Source: Parasitella parasitica NRRL 2501 (Eukaryota; Fungi; Mucoromycota). From it: a DNA stretch of 64,000 bases. Location: NCBI GenBank assembly GCA_025201805.1, contig MU619260.1:226405-290404 (forward strand), read 5' to 3'. This document shows positions 48,301-59,821 of this stretch, piece by piece. A program made the position numbers and the translations under genes. The first letter of the stretch is position 1. The number at the start of each line of letters is the position of its first letter. Below the pieces are notes generated by a model. It was not told the DNA's origin and made no database searches. It worked only from the letters and a program-made list of their open reading frames with translations.

Positions 48301-51300
48301 AGAATATCAGAACGCATTGTAACAACATTTCCTCAGGTTTTTGCCGAGAAATCACTCATCACCTTGCTGCTGGAGCTGGTGCAACTTCTCTGGCTGAGTT
48401 GCGAAGCTGAATACCGTGACGAATACTACCCTACGTTCCAGTTTACATCGCCCCGAGTTGGCATTAGTATAGAGCTGGGCGATTCATTCAATTATCGCAA
48501 GGATATCTGTTCTCATATGTATGAAAATGGCAAAAAATGGCTTCAAATATCCATGGATCGTGCTCCCATGGAGATCAATGGCCTTTTGCAGGACTACCTT
48601 GCTGAATATGTGCGTTATGATCCCGGGGTTCCTATTGATTCAGCACATCTGGGCAGAACGTTGGCTTTGGAAGTAGGCAAAGCAGCAGCCAAGAATGACA
48701 TGACAGTTGATTTTGTGCCTCGTGTGCGTGGCGTTCATTTGGATGATTCTTCTGACTTTGTGGACGGATTTACCTCAAGACGCTACTTTATTGGAGAAGT
48801 GAGTGGCATTGAGTATCTGGCAGGAATGCGCCATGGTGCCGACAAACTGCCCGACAACAATACCGGCACTGGTCTGACTGAACAGGTGCCTATTGTCTGT
48901 AACACATTGCAGGCACTTTTAGATGATGTCAAGCAAAAGCGTAAAGTCCCCGTAGATCGTTTGCGACGCACGATGCTCCAAGCAGCTAGTTTTATCGTGT
49001 CTTTGCCCACCATTCATCCTGATCTGATTACGTACATAGTGCGTATTCCTGTCCATATATTTACCCCCGAGTCATTGGAAATTGGTACAGACGTATGGAA
49101 TTGGGTTCTTGTTGAAAGATCAGACATTGAAAAACGCTTGATGGTGGAAATTCTAAATATGTGGAGCTGGGCCCAGAGATACAGAAAGGGTCTGTTTTCT
49201 CCCAAAATGAATGCAAAACATCCTTTTGTGAGCAGAATGACCTATGCCCCTTCCGATAGATCGATCATTGAGAAAAGCAACCGCAACATGACACGCCTCT
49301 TTACGCCTCATGTCGTTTGGATCAAGTTCTTGACCAGTCGATTCTACGCCATTCGCCATCGCAGCAAGCATCTAATCAACATGCTGATTCGTCTGCTGCA
49401 AGATACTTTTCACAATTCGCATTTGATGAGTACCCACCCTTTTGCCCGTCTTCCCCGGTTCCAATTGCTCTTTTTGGGCATGAAAATCCTTCATTCTGCT
49501 CAGATGGAAGCATTGGCAGAGTACCGCTTCCGTTCTCTTGTATATGGCTCTGCTTTCAACTGGTTTTCGTTACCGCCCAAATGGCATTATGGCTCGCGAA
49601 AGAGCTATGCATTGGTAGAGCAAAAGATGCTTACAGACTTTTACGGCGTTGTCATCAACGACACACCTCGCCTAAAAGATCTAGTCACTAGCTCTACCTT
49701 TCGTAACAGTAGCTCGAAAATTGCCTCTGGTCTCTACATGTTCCTGAGCGACAAAACCAAGGATGACATTTTGCGAGAACACAAACTGACAAAACGATTA
49801 CTCTTACTACTGCTGGATAGTGAGTTATCCCGTCTTTCTGTTTGGTGCAATCCGTTGAACGCAGTTGGTCCTGGCTATCCTGCAAACTACATTGGAAATA
49901 CTGAGAAATCATTTACCACTGACGACAGCTGGAAGGAAATGGTTCGCTTTGCATGGGAGACGTCTCCCAAGGTAGCTGTTCAGATGGCTGCACGATTTGT
50001 GCAAGTTGCAGTACAAAGAGAGCTGCACACGTTGATCGCCAACAACACCCTGGATGTAGTAGATGTTCCTGAGGCGCTAGAGATTCTGCTAGGGGAAAAA
50101 GTGCAACCTAATGCCAAGCTCGACTTGCGTTACTTAAAGTACTGGGCTCCTGTTCCTGCAATCACTGCTGCAAACTACTTTATGCCAGCTTACGGCAACC
50201 ATCCTCTGATCTTGCAGTATGCTATGCGTAGTTTGGAATATTATCCCGTCGATACAGTATTCTTTTACGTACCGCAAATTGTGCAGGCGCTTCGTTATGA
50301 TGAGTACGGCTATGTCGAAAGATATATCATGGAAGCAGGACAGGTATCCCAATTATTTGCACATCAAATCATATGGAATATGAGCGCCAACTTTTATGTT
50401 GATGCTGATAAAGAGTGTATCAAGGTAAAACGTGTCCATCTCTGTTCAAGTAGTCGCCGTCGCTGTATTAATGTCCCTTTTATCAATAGCCTGATCCATT
50501 GAAGCCTACTCTTGAAAAAATCATCAACAACTTGGTATCGTCATTTACTGGGTCTGACCGTGATTTTTATGAACGTGAATTCAAGTTCTTTGGCGACGTT
50601 ACAGCCATCTCGGGTTATTTGAAAGAGTACATCAAATACGGTCAAACCGAAAAGAAGCCTATGCAAAAGGTAAGGATGGCACACAGTCGAGGATTTTGCA
50701 GCTACCAACTTGCCCTTATATAGAAACGTTTGGACGAAGAACTCGCCAAGATCAAAGTGGACGTTGGTGTCTATCTTCCCAGCAATCCTGATGGTCATGT
50801 GGTTGACATCAATCGTTCCTCAGGCCGTCCGTTGCAAAGCCATGCCAAAGCACCTTTTATGGCCACATTCAAGATTGAAAAGGAAAAGGAGCAAGAGGAG
50901 GCCATTGATGACAACCTCGATGACGATTCGCAAAAGTCGGTAATTACGCTCTGGCAAAGCGCTATCTTCAAAGTGGGTGACGATTGTCGTCAAGACGTAC
51001 TTGCCTTGCAGTTAATTGCCGTATTCAAAAACATTTTTACTAGCATTGGCATGGATTTGTACGTGTATCCCTATCGTGTCGTTGCTACTGCTCCAGGTCG
51101 CGGTGTCATTGATGTCATCCCCAGATCCATCTCTCGAGACCAATTAGGCCGTGAAAAGGTCAATAGTATGTACGATTATTTCGTTGCCAAATACGGAGGA
51201 CCCAATTCTATCGACTTTCAAAGAGCAAGGACTAACTTTGTCCAAAGCGTAGCAGCTTACTCTTTGATTTCGTATCTGCTGCAGTTTAAGGACCGTCATA

Positions 51301-51731
51301 ATGGCAACATTATGCTGGATGATGATGGCCATATCATCCACATTGATTTTGGTTTCATTTTTGATATTGCCCCTGGTGGCATTGGTTTTGAAAGCTCTCC
51401 ATTCAAGCTAACAACGGAAATGGTTCAAGTAATGGGCGGTAATTCTGAGGAGCAAGCATTTAAACAGTTTTCTGAGCTTGTTATCAAGGGATATCTTGCT
51501 TGTCGTCCCTATGCCGAGCTCATTATGCAATTGGTAACACTAATGTTGCAGTCAGGCTTGCCTTGCTTTAAGGGTGAAACTATCAAGAGGATGCGCACAC
51601 GTTTCCAGACGGACAAATCTGACAGAGTGGCAGCTGATTTCATGATTCAAAGAGTCAAGGATTCATTTGAAAATCAAAGAACCGTATTATATGATTACTT
51701 TCAAAAGGTTACTAACGGTATTCCGTATTAG
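45379..51731 (+). CDS. STT4: Phosphatidylinositol 4-kinase alpha (Stt4); multi-exon
   Basis: PIK helical region (FFYVPQIVQALRYD, SQLFAHQIIWNM). Kinase LQSHAKAPF, IFKVGDDCRQDVLALQ, KDRHNGNIM, HIDFGF; ends TNGIPY. Confidence 0.96.
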
Positions 51732-52065
51732 TAATGTTGGTTTTAATTGACAACTATAACATAAAACTGTCCTTGAGGCCAATATATATATATATATAAA
51801 TAAAAAATAAAAAAGTATGTACATCATGTACCGTATATGCAGATATTGGTTCATTATTATAGCATAGATACATGCTTGTCTATATACATTTATATTATAG
51901 TCATTAATATCTTATTCGTCATCATGCTAACCTTTGGTTTTTAACGCTATTATTATGTATACAAAGGACACATTTTTTTGTCTATTATGCCATGGGTGAA
52001 TGGATCAGCAAATGTTGATTTAAGCCCTTGAATCAGTTCAACTTTGGTGTATATTTACAGGATTA

Positions 52066-52113
<48 letters not shown>

Positions 52114-52158
52114 NNNNNNNNNNTGGTGGAAATGATTTTTGCGACTTTATAGTTCTAC

Positions 52159-52688
52159 TTAATAGCCTACAACTGAAATTTCAAAAGTTTGATACTTGAA
52201 TTCAGTTCCATCCTTTTGGAAGGCATTGAAATCGATCCACCCATCTGCCCAGTCTACAATATTTACCCAACCGCCAGCAGGAAGATTTATTCCGTAGCGA
52301 ACATTTGAAACGACAATCTAAAAGGTTCACGTGCATTCAATTTTCAGCTTGTTTTTGAGACAGTACATACCTACATTCACTCTTAGCTCTTCTTCCGGGT
52401 TCCCAGACTTGCTACAAGTAATTTGGTCTAAAGGGCAGCACTCGGAAGAGTTGGAGCCTATAGATTTTGAAAACAGACTGAAATTGTATAAGTAATGGTG
52501 TCTGTCTTGTTGTAATAGCCACAAGATGCTTACCTTCCTTCATCTCCGTTTGTATTATACTGTCTTTGACGAACATCTGCTTTCATTTTACTATAATTAT
52601 AAATGCAATAGGCTTCTGCAAGTTGTGCAATCAGCAGCATTTTTATTAGACCGACCAAAATGCCAATGGTGCTTTTGAATTTCATCAT
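52159..52688 (-). CDS. Small secreted cysteine-containing protein (138 aa), not captured by the ORF track; exons 52688-52534, 52477-52375, 52317-52159
   Basis: In-frame splicing gives MMKFKSTIGILVGLIKMLLIAQLAEA|YCIYNYSKMKADVRQRQYNTNGDEGSLFSKSIGSNSSECCPLDQITCSKSGNPEEELRVNIVVSNVRYGINLPAGGWVNIVDWADGWIDFNAFQKDGTEFKYQTFEISVVGY*. It has a signal peptide with an A-x-A cleavage site and 4 Cys. Confidence 0.7.
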
Positions 52689-52833
52689 AAATTACTTTGA
52701 GAAACTGAAAAGTTATCAATGGCAACATATTTATACTTCAAATGCGTACAATGAGATGCGGGCAGTTTATTTAATTGGCTGCAACAATGAGCAGCGGTTT
52801 ATTATCAGGCTCCTTAATGTAAAATGCAATACA

Positions 52834-54108
52834 TTATAGAAGACGATCTTTGTCCTCAGGCGTCATTCTAAGAGTCCTTGCTCTGCTCTTGTAATCATCC
52901 CAAGGGAAATAGGCACCACAAATGCGTCTATGGCCAGTAAAAGCGCTTCGACCATGCAAAACACGCCAGTTATTAAAAGTAACCACTCGTCCAGGAGCCA
53001 ACGGATCCCACAGCTCGTTTTTTGTCGACTTTAGCAGTTCACTCCACAAAAACAAGGCGTCATAAAACGCTTCTAACTGGGTAGCGCTAAGGTGGTCAAG
53101 AGTAGAGCGGTCGTCATTGTTGTACCGAATTTGATATAGCTCACCATCTGGCCCATGGTTCAAAATAGGGTTAGCTCGTGGAGTAGGAACAATCAATACA
53201 TTTTCATCTCCTGCCGAATGTGTGGGAATGAGTGTATTGGATAATGTGCGGTAAGCGGTGGGCGATACATCCTTGAGCTGTTTTGCTACAGAAAACCCAT
53301 CTACGAACAATGAATCGCCACCTTTACCTTCAAATTCAAGTTTGTGGAACATTTGCAGACCTGCAGGTTCAGTGAAATAAGTATTGTCCGTATGAGCGCC
53401 CAGGGCCAATTGCGTGTAAGCAGTGTCGGCATGAGCCAAATCAGCCGTAAATGACCATATGCCTTGAGAATAATGGGTTTCGCGCAAGAAGCATAACCGA
53501 CGAGCAAGCTTCTCTGTAGCCTCAATAGTGGCAGGCACCCCTTCTACAAACGAAATGCCAAAAGTTTCAAGCTGGTCCAGCCACTGCTTTAAACCTTCCT
53601 CTGTTCTCATAACAGCTTCGTGGTCTACAGGTGTCAGATTGAGTCCGCCATCCCATAGCTTTGGCTGTTTGGTGGTCAATGGCTCAGAAGTACGGAGGAC
53701 AGGACTATATGAATGAGTATGCAACCAATCCCAGGCATATTTCGACAGATGGCCGTCTGGCCAGGTCACGGACAATCCATCCTCAGCACTGTCAACAGCA
53801 GTTGGTTGGATATCGCGAGGAATAGCAAAGGTATCGACTAGGCGCTGTCGAGTGACAGGATGATAGCACTGATCACAACGGCAATGATCTCTCAGCCAAA
53901 AATGGCTGTAAACACTTGTTTTGCGATTATTCCAATCCAGAAACACCTGCCTGTCATTGGCAAGACCTGCTCGTTGAGGAACAGCACCTGTTCTTTCTAT
54001 ATGCTTTTTGGCATTGGGTTTATGCGATCGTGGTGTTGACGTAGAGAACAATGCTCTAGAAAAGCTGGTAGACAGGCCTTTGTTGGCCAAGTTGAAATAC
54101 CGTTGCAT
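52834..54108 (-). CDS. TMLHE: Trimethyllysine dioxygenase (Fe/2OG, carnitine biosynthesis), mitochondrial, intronless
   Basis: Presequence; HFWLRDHCRCDQCYHPVTRQR; LGAHTDNTYF (HxD); PAGLQMFH; NNWRVLHGRSAFTGHRRICGAY. Confidence 0.88.
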   Translation of the reverse strand: MQRYFNLANKGLSTSFSRALFSTSTPRSHKPNAKKHIERTGAVPQRAGLANDRQVFLDWNNRKTSVYSHFWLRDHCRCDQCYHPVTRQRLVDTFAIPRDIQPTAVDSAEDGLSVTWPDGHLSKYAWDWLHTHSYSPVLRTSEPLTTKQPKLWDGGLNLTPVDHEAVMRTEEGLKQWLDQLETFGISFVEGVPATIEATEKLARRLCFLRETHYSQGIWSFTADLAHADTAYTQLALGAHTDNTYFTEPAGLQMFHKLEFEGKGGDSLFVDGFSVAKQLKDVSPTAYRTLSNTLIPTHSAGDENVLIVPTPRANPILNHGPDGELYQIRYNNDDRSTLDHLSATQLEAFYDALFLWSELLKSTKNELWDPLAPGRVVTFNNWRVLHGRSAFTGHRRICGAYFPWDDYKSRARTLRMTPEDKDRLL

Positions 54109-56773
54109 GTTTTGCAAAATGGTAAGAGACAAAAGATTTGTTTAAACAAAAGTCGGCCCAGAAAAGTTGAAAATAGCAAGTGTGTAACCTTATTTTGAGC
54201 TAATACAGCCTCGAATGAATCTTTTAGCCAGTGATATCTATGGCCGCTTGCCCACAATGAGCGAGGAACCGATGTGCTATCTTTGGGATTGTTTTACACT
54301 CGAATATCACTATGGCTTCATAAAGCTGCATATCTAAATCAGAAAATATTACTCTATAAATATATTTCTAGCACAGTTCTCAGCTAAGATTCATTACTTT
54401 CGAACATTGATTATTGTTGCAAAAAGTACAACATTGATCATACAATTTGTTTACTCAAAAGCTCGGAACTGCCCCCCCCCACCCGAGATGACTCCTAATG
54501 CTCCTAGATTTTTGCCTGATGAAATCGCAAATAAAAGTTGTTAACAAAATTCTAAATTTCTGGCAATTTTTCTAGAGCACAAGAGAAGTGGTATAAGCTC
54601 TCTGAGCCACGCTTTATATTTAGTATCATATGAATCAGCCTGAAGGAAGGCAACTTTGATATTTTTGCCCAGCAATATTCAGCAGGATTTGACTAAATTT
54701 CAAATTCTGTATAGTTCATCATGTTTTACCAGCTTTATAAATGAAGCATTTACCTTTAATAAAATCAAACAACTACAGCGCTTCCGAGGTACAAAAAATT
54801 GGGACTTGAAGCAAAATTAATTGAGAAATGCATGCAGAGTAAAATTTGTTGTTATATGGTTGGATTTTTAGCTGAAATATATAAAAGTTACAAGTCTCAT
54901 TTTTGCTTTGTCTTAATCGTACTCATGGATATACAGTGCTTCTGCTATCAATCGGGCAAAATAATTGGTCTTGCTGAAATATACAACATATCGGATGTTT
55001 TATGAGTATTTTATTCAAATTAGTTCGACGAGAGCTCCAGCGTCATTGATTCTATCTCGCAAATAGTAATAGTAACCAAGCAAGAGAAAGAACTGAACAC
55101 TTGAAAGACCCATATAAACGTTACAGAAACATTTAAATGCACCAGTAATTCAAATATGCTACTGTTGCATTTGGCACAACAAAAACATCATTTTTAGTGG
55201 CAGAAAGTAATCAGACATTCAATGCTACCAAGGTCTACTAGCTAGAAAATAGATATCAGAAATCTCTTCTCGTAAGTAGAAGGGTTGAAAATTATCATTC
55301 GGTATATGCTCCTACATGTACCAAAACTACTATCTTAGGTAATGTCTATTACATGGTACAAAATATCGATCCCAGGTGGAGCGAAAACTCGCACTGTTAG
55401 ATGTGTGATTAAATGCTTGAGAAATTGTACACATGCTCATCCAAGAAACTTTGGAGATATTGATGCAGAATTTTTTAAATTATGCCGCTTTAATCGAATC
55501 TAGTGAAGAAAAAAAGCAGCATTTGAGTATTTACGATAGGCAACTGAAGGCAAGATGTTCCCTTTAGCTGGCTAATGCAAGTACATAACGAAATATTGTA
55601 ACAATCCTCTTGGTTTACATTGCGGATTATTTTGAAAAAATCAAAGCTATGAATATAATAAGCTGATTTATTGCGACACAACGTCAAGTATTACCATAAT
55701 AGTCATCATGTTATCTGATAGTTTAATAGTTTAATGATATTTTTGATAGTGTATCGAAATGTTGTAAATGAGAGTGTTCCACAAACTACTATTAGAGCTA
55801 CACAAGTAATATGCGATAATTTAGACGAGTTTTTGTCAAACCACGTTTAAATGTACAAATCAAGTTATTGCCAATAATGAGATGGAGTTGTATCCGCTGA
55901 TTTGCATTTGGCATATCAACAAAAACTGGTGGCAATAATAAAGATAGCGAATGTCTATCGTGCATGCAAGTACTACTTGTTTGTATATATTTGTTTTTCA
56001 CAAAGAAAGAAGGCAACTGTAAATCACATATAATGCTATACAGTCCATCAGTGCAAATATCGTAATCCCGATACTATCAGCACTGCATAAATCACACGTG
56101 CAATGATTTCCGTATGCAAAACAACTCGCTGCTCTTGTTATTTAGAACAGAGCAAAACATAAAAGTTGGGATAAACAAAAGCAGACTTGAATAATCACTA
56201 TCTAATATGCGGAAATAGGCGTTAACCGTGCTTTTCGCACAAAATGTTATGAAAGTCTTTCATTCAAAACAACGCAGTAGTAATATAACACAACAAAGTA
56301 TCCTCAAGACTCTTCCCGAAATGTAACAATGATTGAGTACGAGGATCCTTTTTCTAACCAGTAAAACAGCCTCCTATCAAATAACTCGGAAAATCAGGGA
56401 TATATGTTTAGTGCAAACAAGGAACAAGAGAGAGATTTGAGTGTACATGCATTTTGCATACAGTACAGATTGAATGTGCATAATTCGCACCGCCCCTTAC
56501 ATTTTATTCAGCTTGATAATTTTGATTGTTTTCACATTACACAAAATAGATGAGAAAAAGGTCATGCTGCCAATTACTATAACGATAAGAAGAAAGTGAT
56601 CGGCATAGAGACAGCAAAAAGGGCTTAACATTTGACATTATATTTTTATTGTTTAATATTAAAAGAGTATCTTATTATAATGAAAGAAGCAAAAATTACA
56701 TTAGGGTGATTTGATGGTGATTAAGGGGAAGGTAAAGGGGGAGGGATAGGATCTAATTTTTTTGTACAGTTGT

Positions 56774-57880
56774 TTAAGAATTTCGGATATGATGAATAAT
56801 GTAACCAGGTAAGCCATACACACCAAAGCCCATAGCTTTAGCCATTTTGGCAAAGCCCTCTGTTTCGACCTGATGTTGATAGACATAAGGAGGGAAGTTT
56901 GCACCTTCTCTATGCACTTGTGCCTTGACTAATGTGAATGTAGCACCAACACCATCCAAAGGTACTTTTTCTAATTTCCCTAAATGAGTTGGCATGTCCA
57001 CCATAAGATAGCGATTTGTCAAGAATTCATAGTAACCCTCCAGCAAGACGTAATCTGGATCGAGATCCTTTTGTATTTCAATCGATTTCTCTGTTTCTTG
57101 CCAGTTGTTCTTGTCATAGGCCCAAAACGAGCCATCTTCAGTCTCCAGCAGACAGTTTGGCACGACGACATCCACATCCACAGACTGAAGGTCTTCTAAA
57201 ATCGATTCAGGGTACTCGACAACATCCACGTCCAGCCAAAGAACCCAAGAGTGATATTCACGCATAGCCGCAGTCAGCAAATAATTCCTCGAGCGAGCCA
57301 TAAACGATCTTCTCAAGGGTTGCAGTTCAAATGTGTGTCGCTTGTCTTCTGGTAACTGGAAATCAAAGTCTTTTTCATAGATAGCGATTTCGTGGTAACG
57401 CTGAGAGGGATCCTGGCGGTTCAGAAACTCATCTGCCTTCTCTTTCAGTATGCTTACAGTGTCGTCAGTTGTGTCTGACACTAGAAATGCCACGCTTATC
57501 AGATCCTTGGGATAAGACAAACGGTCGATTAATTCAAAGTATCTTGGAAGGTAGGCCTCTGCATTTTTAAGGGGAGTCAGGATGATTACATGCTCTTGCT
57601 GATCCTTTGCATTTGCAGATGCTTCCAAATCGTTCAGGTTGATGAATTTAGCTTGACCACCTGCTCTTTGGTTGCTTCCACCAGTGCTGCTCGAGAGCGC
57701 AACAGCTTCATTCAGCGATCTGATTGTTCTGCCACATGCATTCAAGCCAAGGGATGATTTTGAAAATGTAAAGAGTGATAATGTGATGAATGATAGAATG
57801 GCCAACACAAAGACGACTAGTCGTTTGTTCCCTCTTAAAGCAGATGTGTAAATATTGGAAGGCTTTTCTGTGAGAATCAT
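56774..57880 (-). CDS. Anp1/Mnn9/Van1 family (GT62) Golgi mannosyltransferase, type II membrane protein
   Basis: N-terminal TM; ILTPLKNA, LSYPKDLISVAFLVSD, RRSFMARSRNYLL, WVLWLDVDV (DxD), YDKNNW, LDGVGAT, VETEGFAKMAK. Confidence 0.93.
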   Translation of the reverse strand: MILTEKPSNIYTSALRGNKRLVVFVLAILSFITLSLFTFSKSSLGLNACGRTIRSLNEAVALSSSTGGSNQRAGGQAKFINLNDLEASANAKDQQEHVIILTPLKNAEAYLPRYFELIDRLSYPKDLISVAFLVSDTTDDTVSILKEKADEFLNRQDPSQRYHEIAIYEKDFDFQLPEDKRHTFELQPLRRSFMARSRNYLLTAAMREYHSWVLWLDVDVVEYPESILEDLQSVDVDVVVPNCLLETEDGSFWAYDKNNWQETEKSIEIQKDLDPDYVLLEGYYEFLTNRYLMVDMPTHLGKLEKVPLDGVGATFTLVKAQVHREGANFPPYVYQHQVETEGFAKMAKAMGFGVYGLPGYIIHHIRNS

Positions 57881-58907
57881 TTTGATTGTGTAAAGAAAGA
57901 AAAGAGAGAGAAAGAGAAGAAAGAAAGCAAGGAGCGAGAACCAAGATTATAAAGGTACAAATCGGGGTGTCCTATACTCGACGTAGATCTTGTCTATTTT
58001 TAACAGCTGTATTTATATATTCATCAAGCCTCTTTATGTAACGTTTGTTACACCTGTTATAATTGCAAAACAAGGAGACTTTGGATCATATAGCACTGGA
58101 GGGAGAGGTCCTGCCCGTATAAACGCACAAACATCCACAGTGTATCACATTGATAAAAGCTTTTTTTTTTTCCTTTTTTCTTTTTTTCTTCACTGCTTTG
58201 ATTTACATAACCTTGAAATTTTCTTGTGTTCTGGTTTAACTAAAACAAGACTAGTTTTCAACCGAACAAAATGTGTCGTATTTTTAGTTCAGTAACATTA
58301 TATATCTCTGCCACACAACGATATTTACAATGATAGCAAGATTCCTTACTTGGCCATTCCGAAAGTGAGCAAGGGCCATTATGTCTCTTTTCTTACCAAG
58401 ACAATGGTGCATTTTTTACCTGATGAAGTTAATCGATAAGAGATGTTCTAGTCCACTTTTTTGGTTAATTGGACATGATTTATGCCTTTGATTTTTCTTT
58501 TTCCATTTTTTTTTTTTTTTTTNNNNNNNNNNTCGCCAAGAAGCCACAAACCAAAAGCACTCAACATTTACCAAACTTAATTACGTAAATTAACCTTTTT
58601 TACATCATTGTTATTGTTGTTCTAGAGCCTCGTTTTTTTTTTTTCTCAGCCTGGATCAACTGATATTTGAATAAAATATGCAATGTTGCAGATTAATTGA
58701 TTGATGTGATACTAGTAAACCCTTCCGTCAAGGTCAATCTGAAGATACCATCGACTGATATCAATACGAAAAGCTATTCTCTGTTTATTTACTTACATAC
58801 AGCAGCAACTGTCTGAGCAATTTATGCCGATGTTGCCAAGTTTGCAGGTGGCTTATTTATAGCTAAACAGTGTGATGCTCCATTTCACACATTTTTTGTT
58901 TCATCAA

Positions 58908-59521
58908 ATGGTCATTTTAATTAATAATGAGAGATACGCATGGTATGAGGTCCGTTTACTATTCTTTACAGCAACGATTAATCAAAAACTCTAGTGCTTC
59001 ATGTATCAGGGGACATCGAGTGAAAAAATGTAAACATAACGATAGACAGCTTTTGCCTATTGTCAAAAGAGGCAGGCAGGTCAGCCAATGCAACCATTGC
59101 CGAGATCTGCGTAAAACAAACGGCACTCATGTAAAATGCACTTGTGCCATTGCTAGCAGTGAGTTTTATACGTGCTGCTGTCATCAACTAGAATGCTAAA
59201 CCGAGTTTTCTATATTTAGCGCCTAATCCGATCAATGGATGTCTTTGCGAAGTGATCAACAGTTGCTCTTGCGTCGCCAGCCACTTGCAAGAAATGCACA
59301 ATATTTTGCTTACCACCGACATATCGACGCCGATGAAAACTGCCAACAGCTGCCATGCAGCCACAGATATTAGTATTGACAAAGAGCCACTTGCTGACGG
59401 CTCGTCGCCACTGATTGATGATACTGAGCTTTTGAATTTTTTGCAAAATGATCTTGATAAATACATTGCGACGCCTAATCCCCCATTCAACACATCAGAG
59501 AACCAAGATTTTCGCATTTGA
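58908..59521 (+). CDS. Copper-fist (Ace1/Mac1/Cuf1-type) transcription factor; 3 exons
   Basis: The spliced N-terminus is MVILINNERYACASCIRGHRVKKCKHNDRQLLPIVKRGRQVSQCNHCRDLRK...HVKCTC, followed by a Cys cluster and an acidic tail. Confidence 0.88.
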
Positions 59522-59821
59522 GACAGTCGCTTGTCTGCGGCTCACTATGCTACCCGTTTCAAACGGTATGTTTTAGGGGGATAAATCATTACAGCAAGCA
59601 ATGATTGACATAAATGCATGATAGTGTAAAGGTCTCACGAATAGCCCCCACCCCCTTTTATACAATACTAGATCTACCAGCACTAAACGAATGATAGTAC
59701 TTGTCATGCGATGTATCAAGTAAACCATATGTTATACCTATTCCCCCATATATTAGTTTGCAATTCCTTATAAGACTCGAATCTGTTTTCTCTTTTTTTT
59801 TTCCGGTTATACACCAACAAA

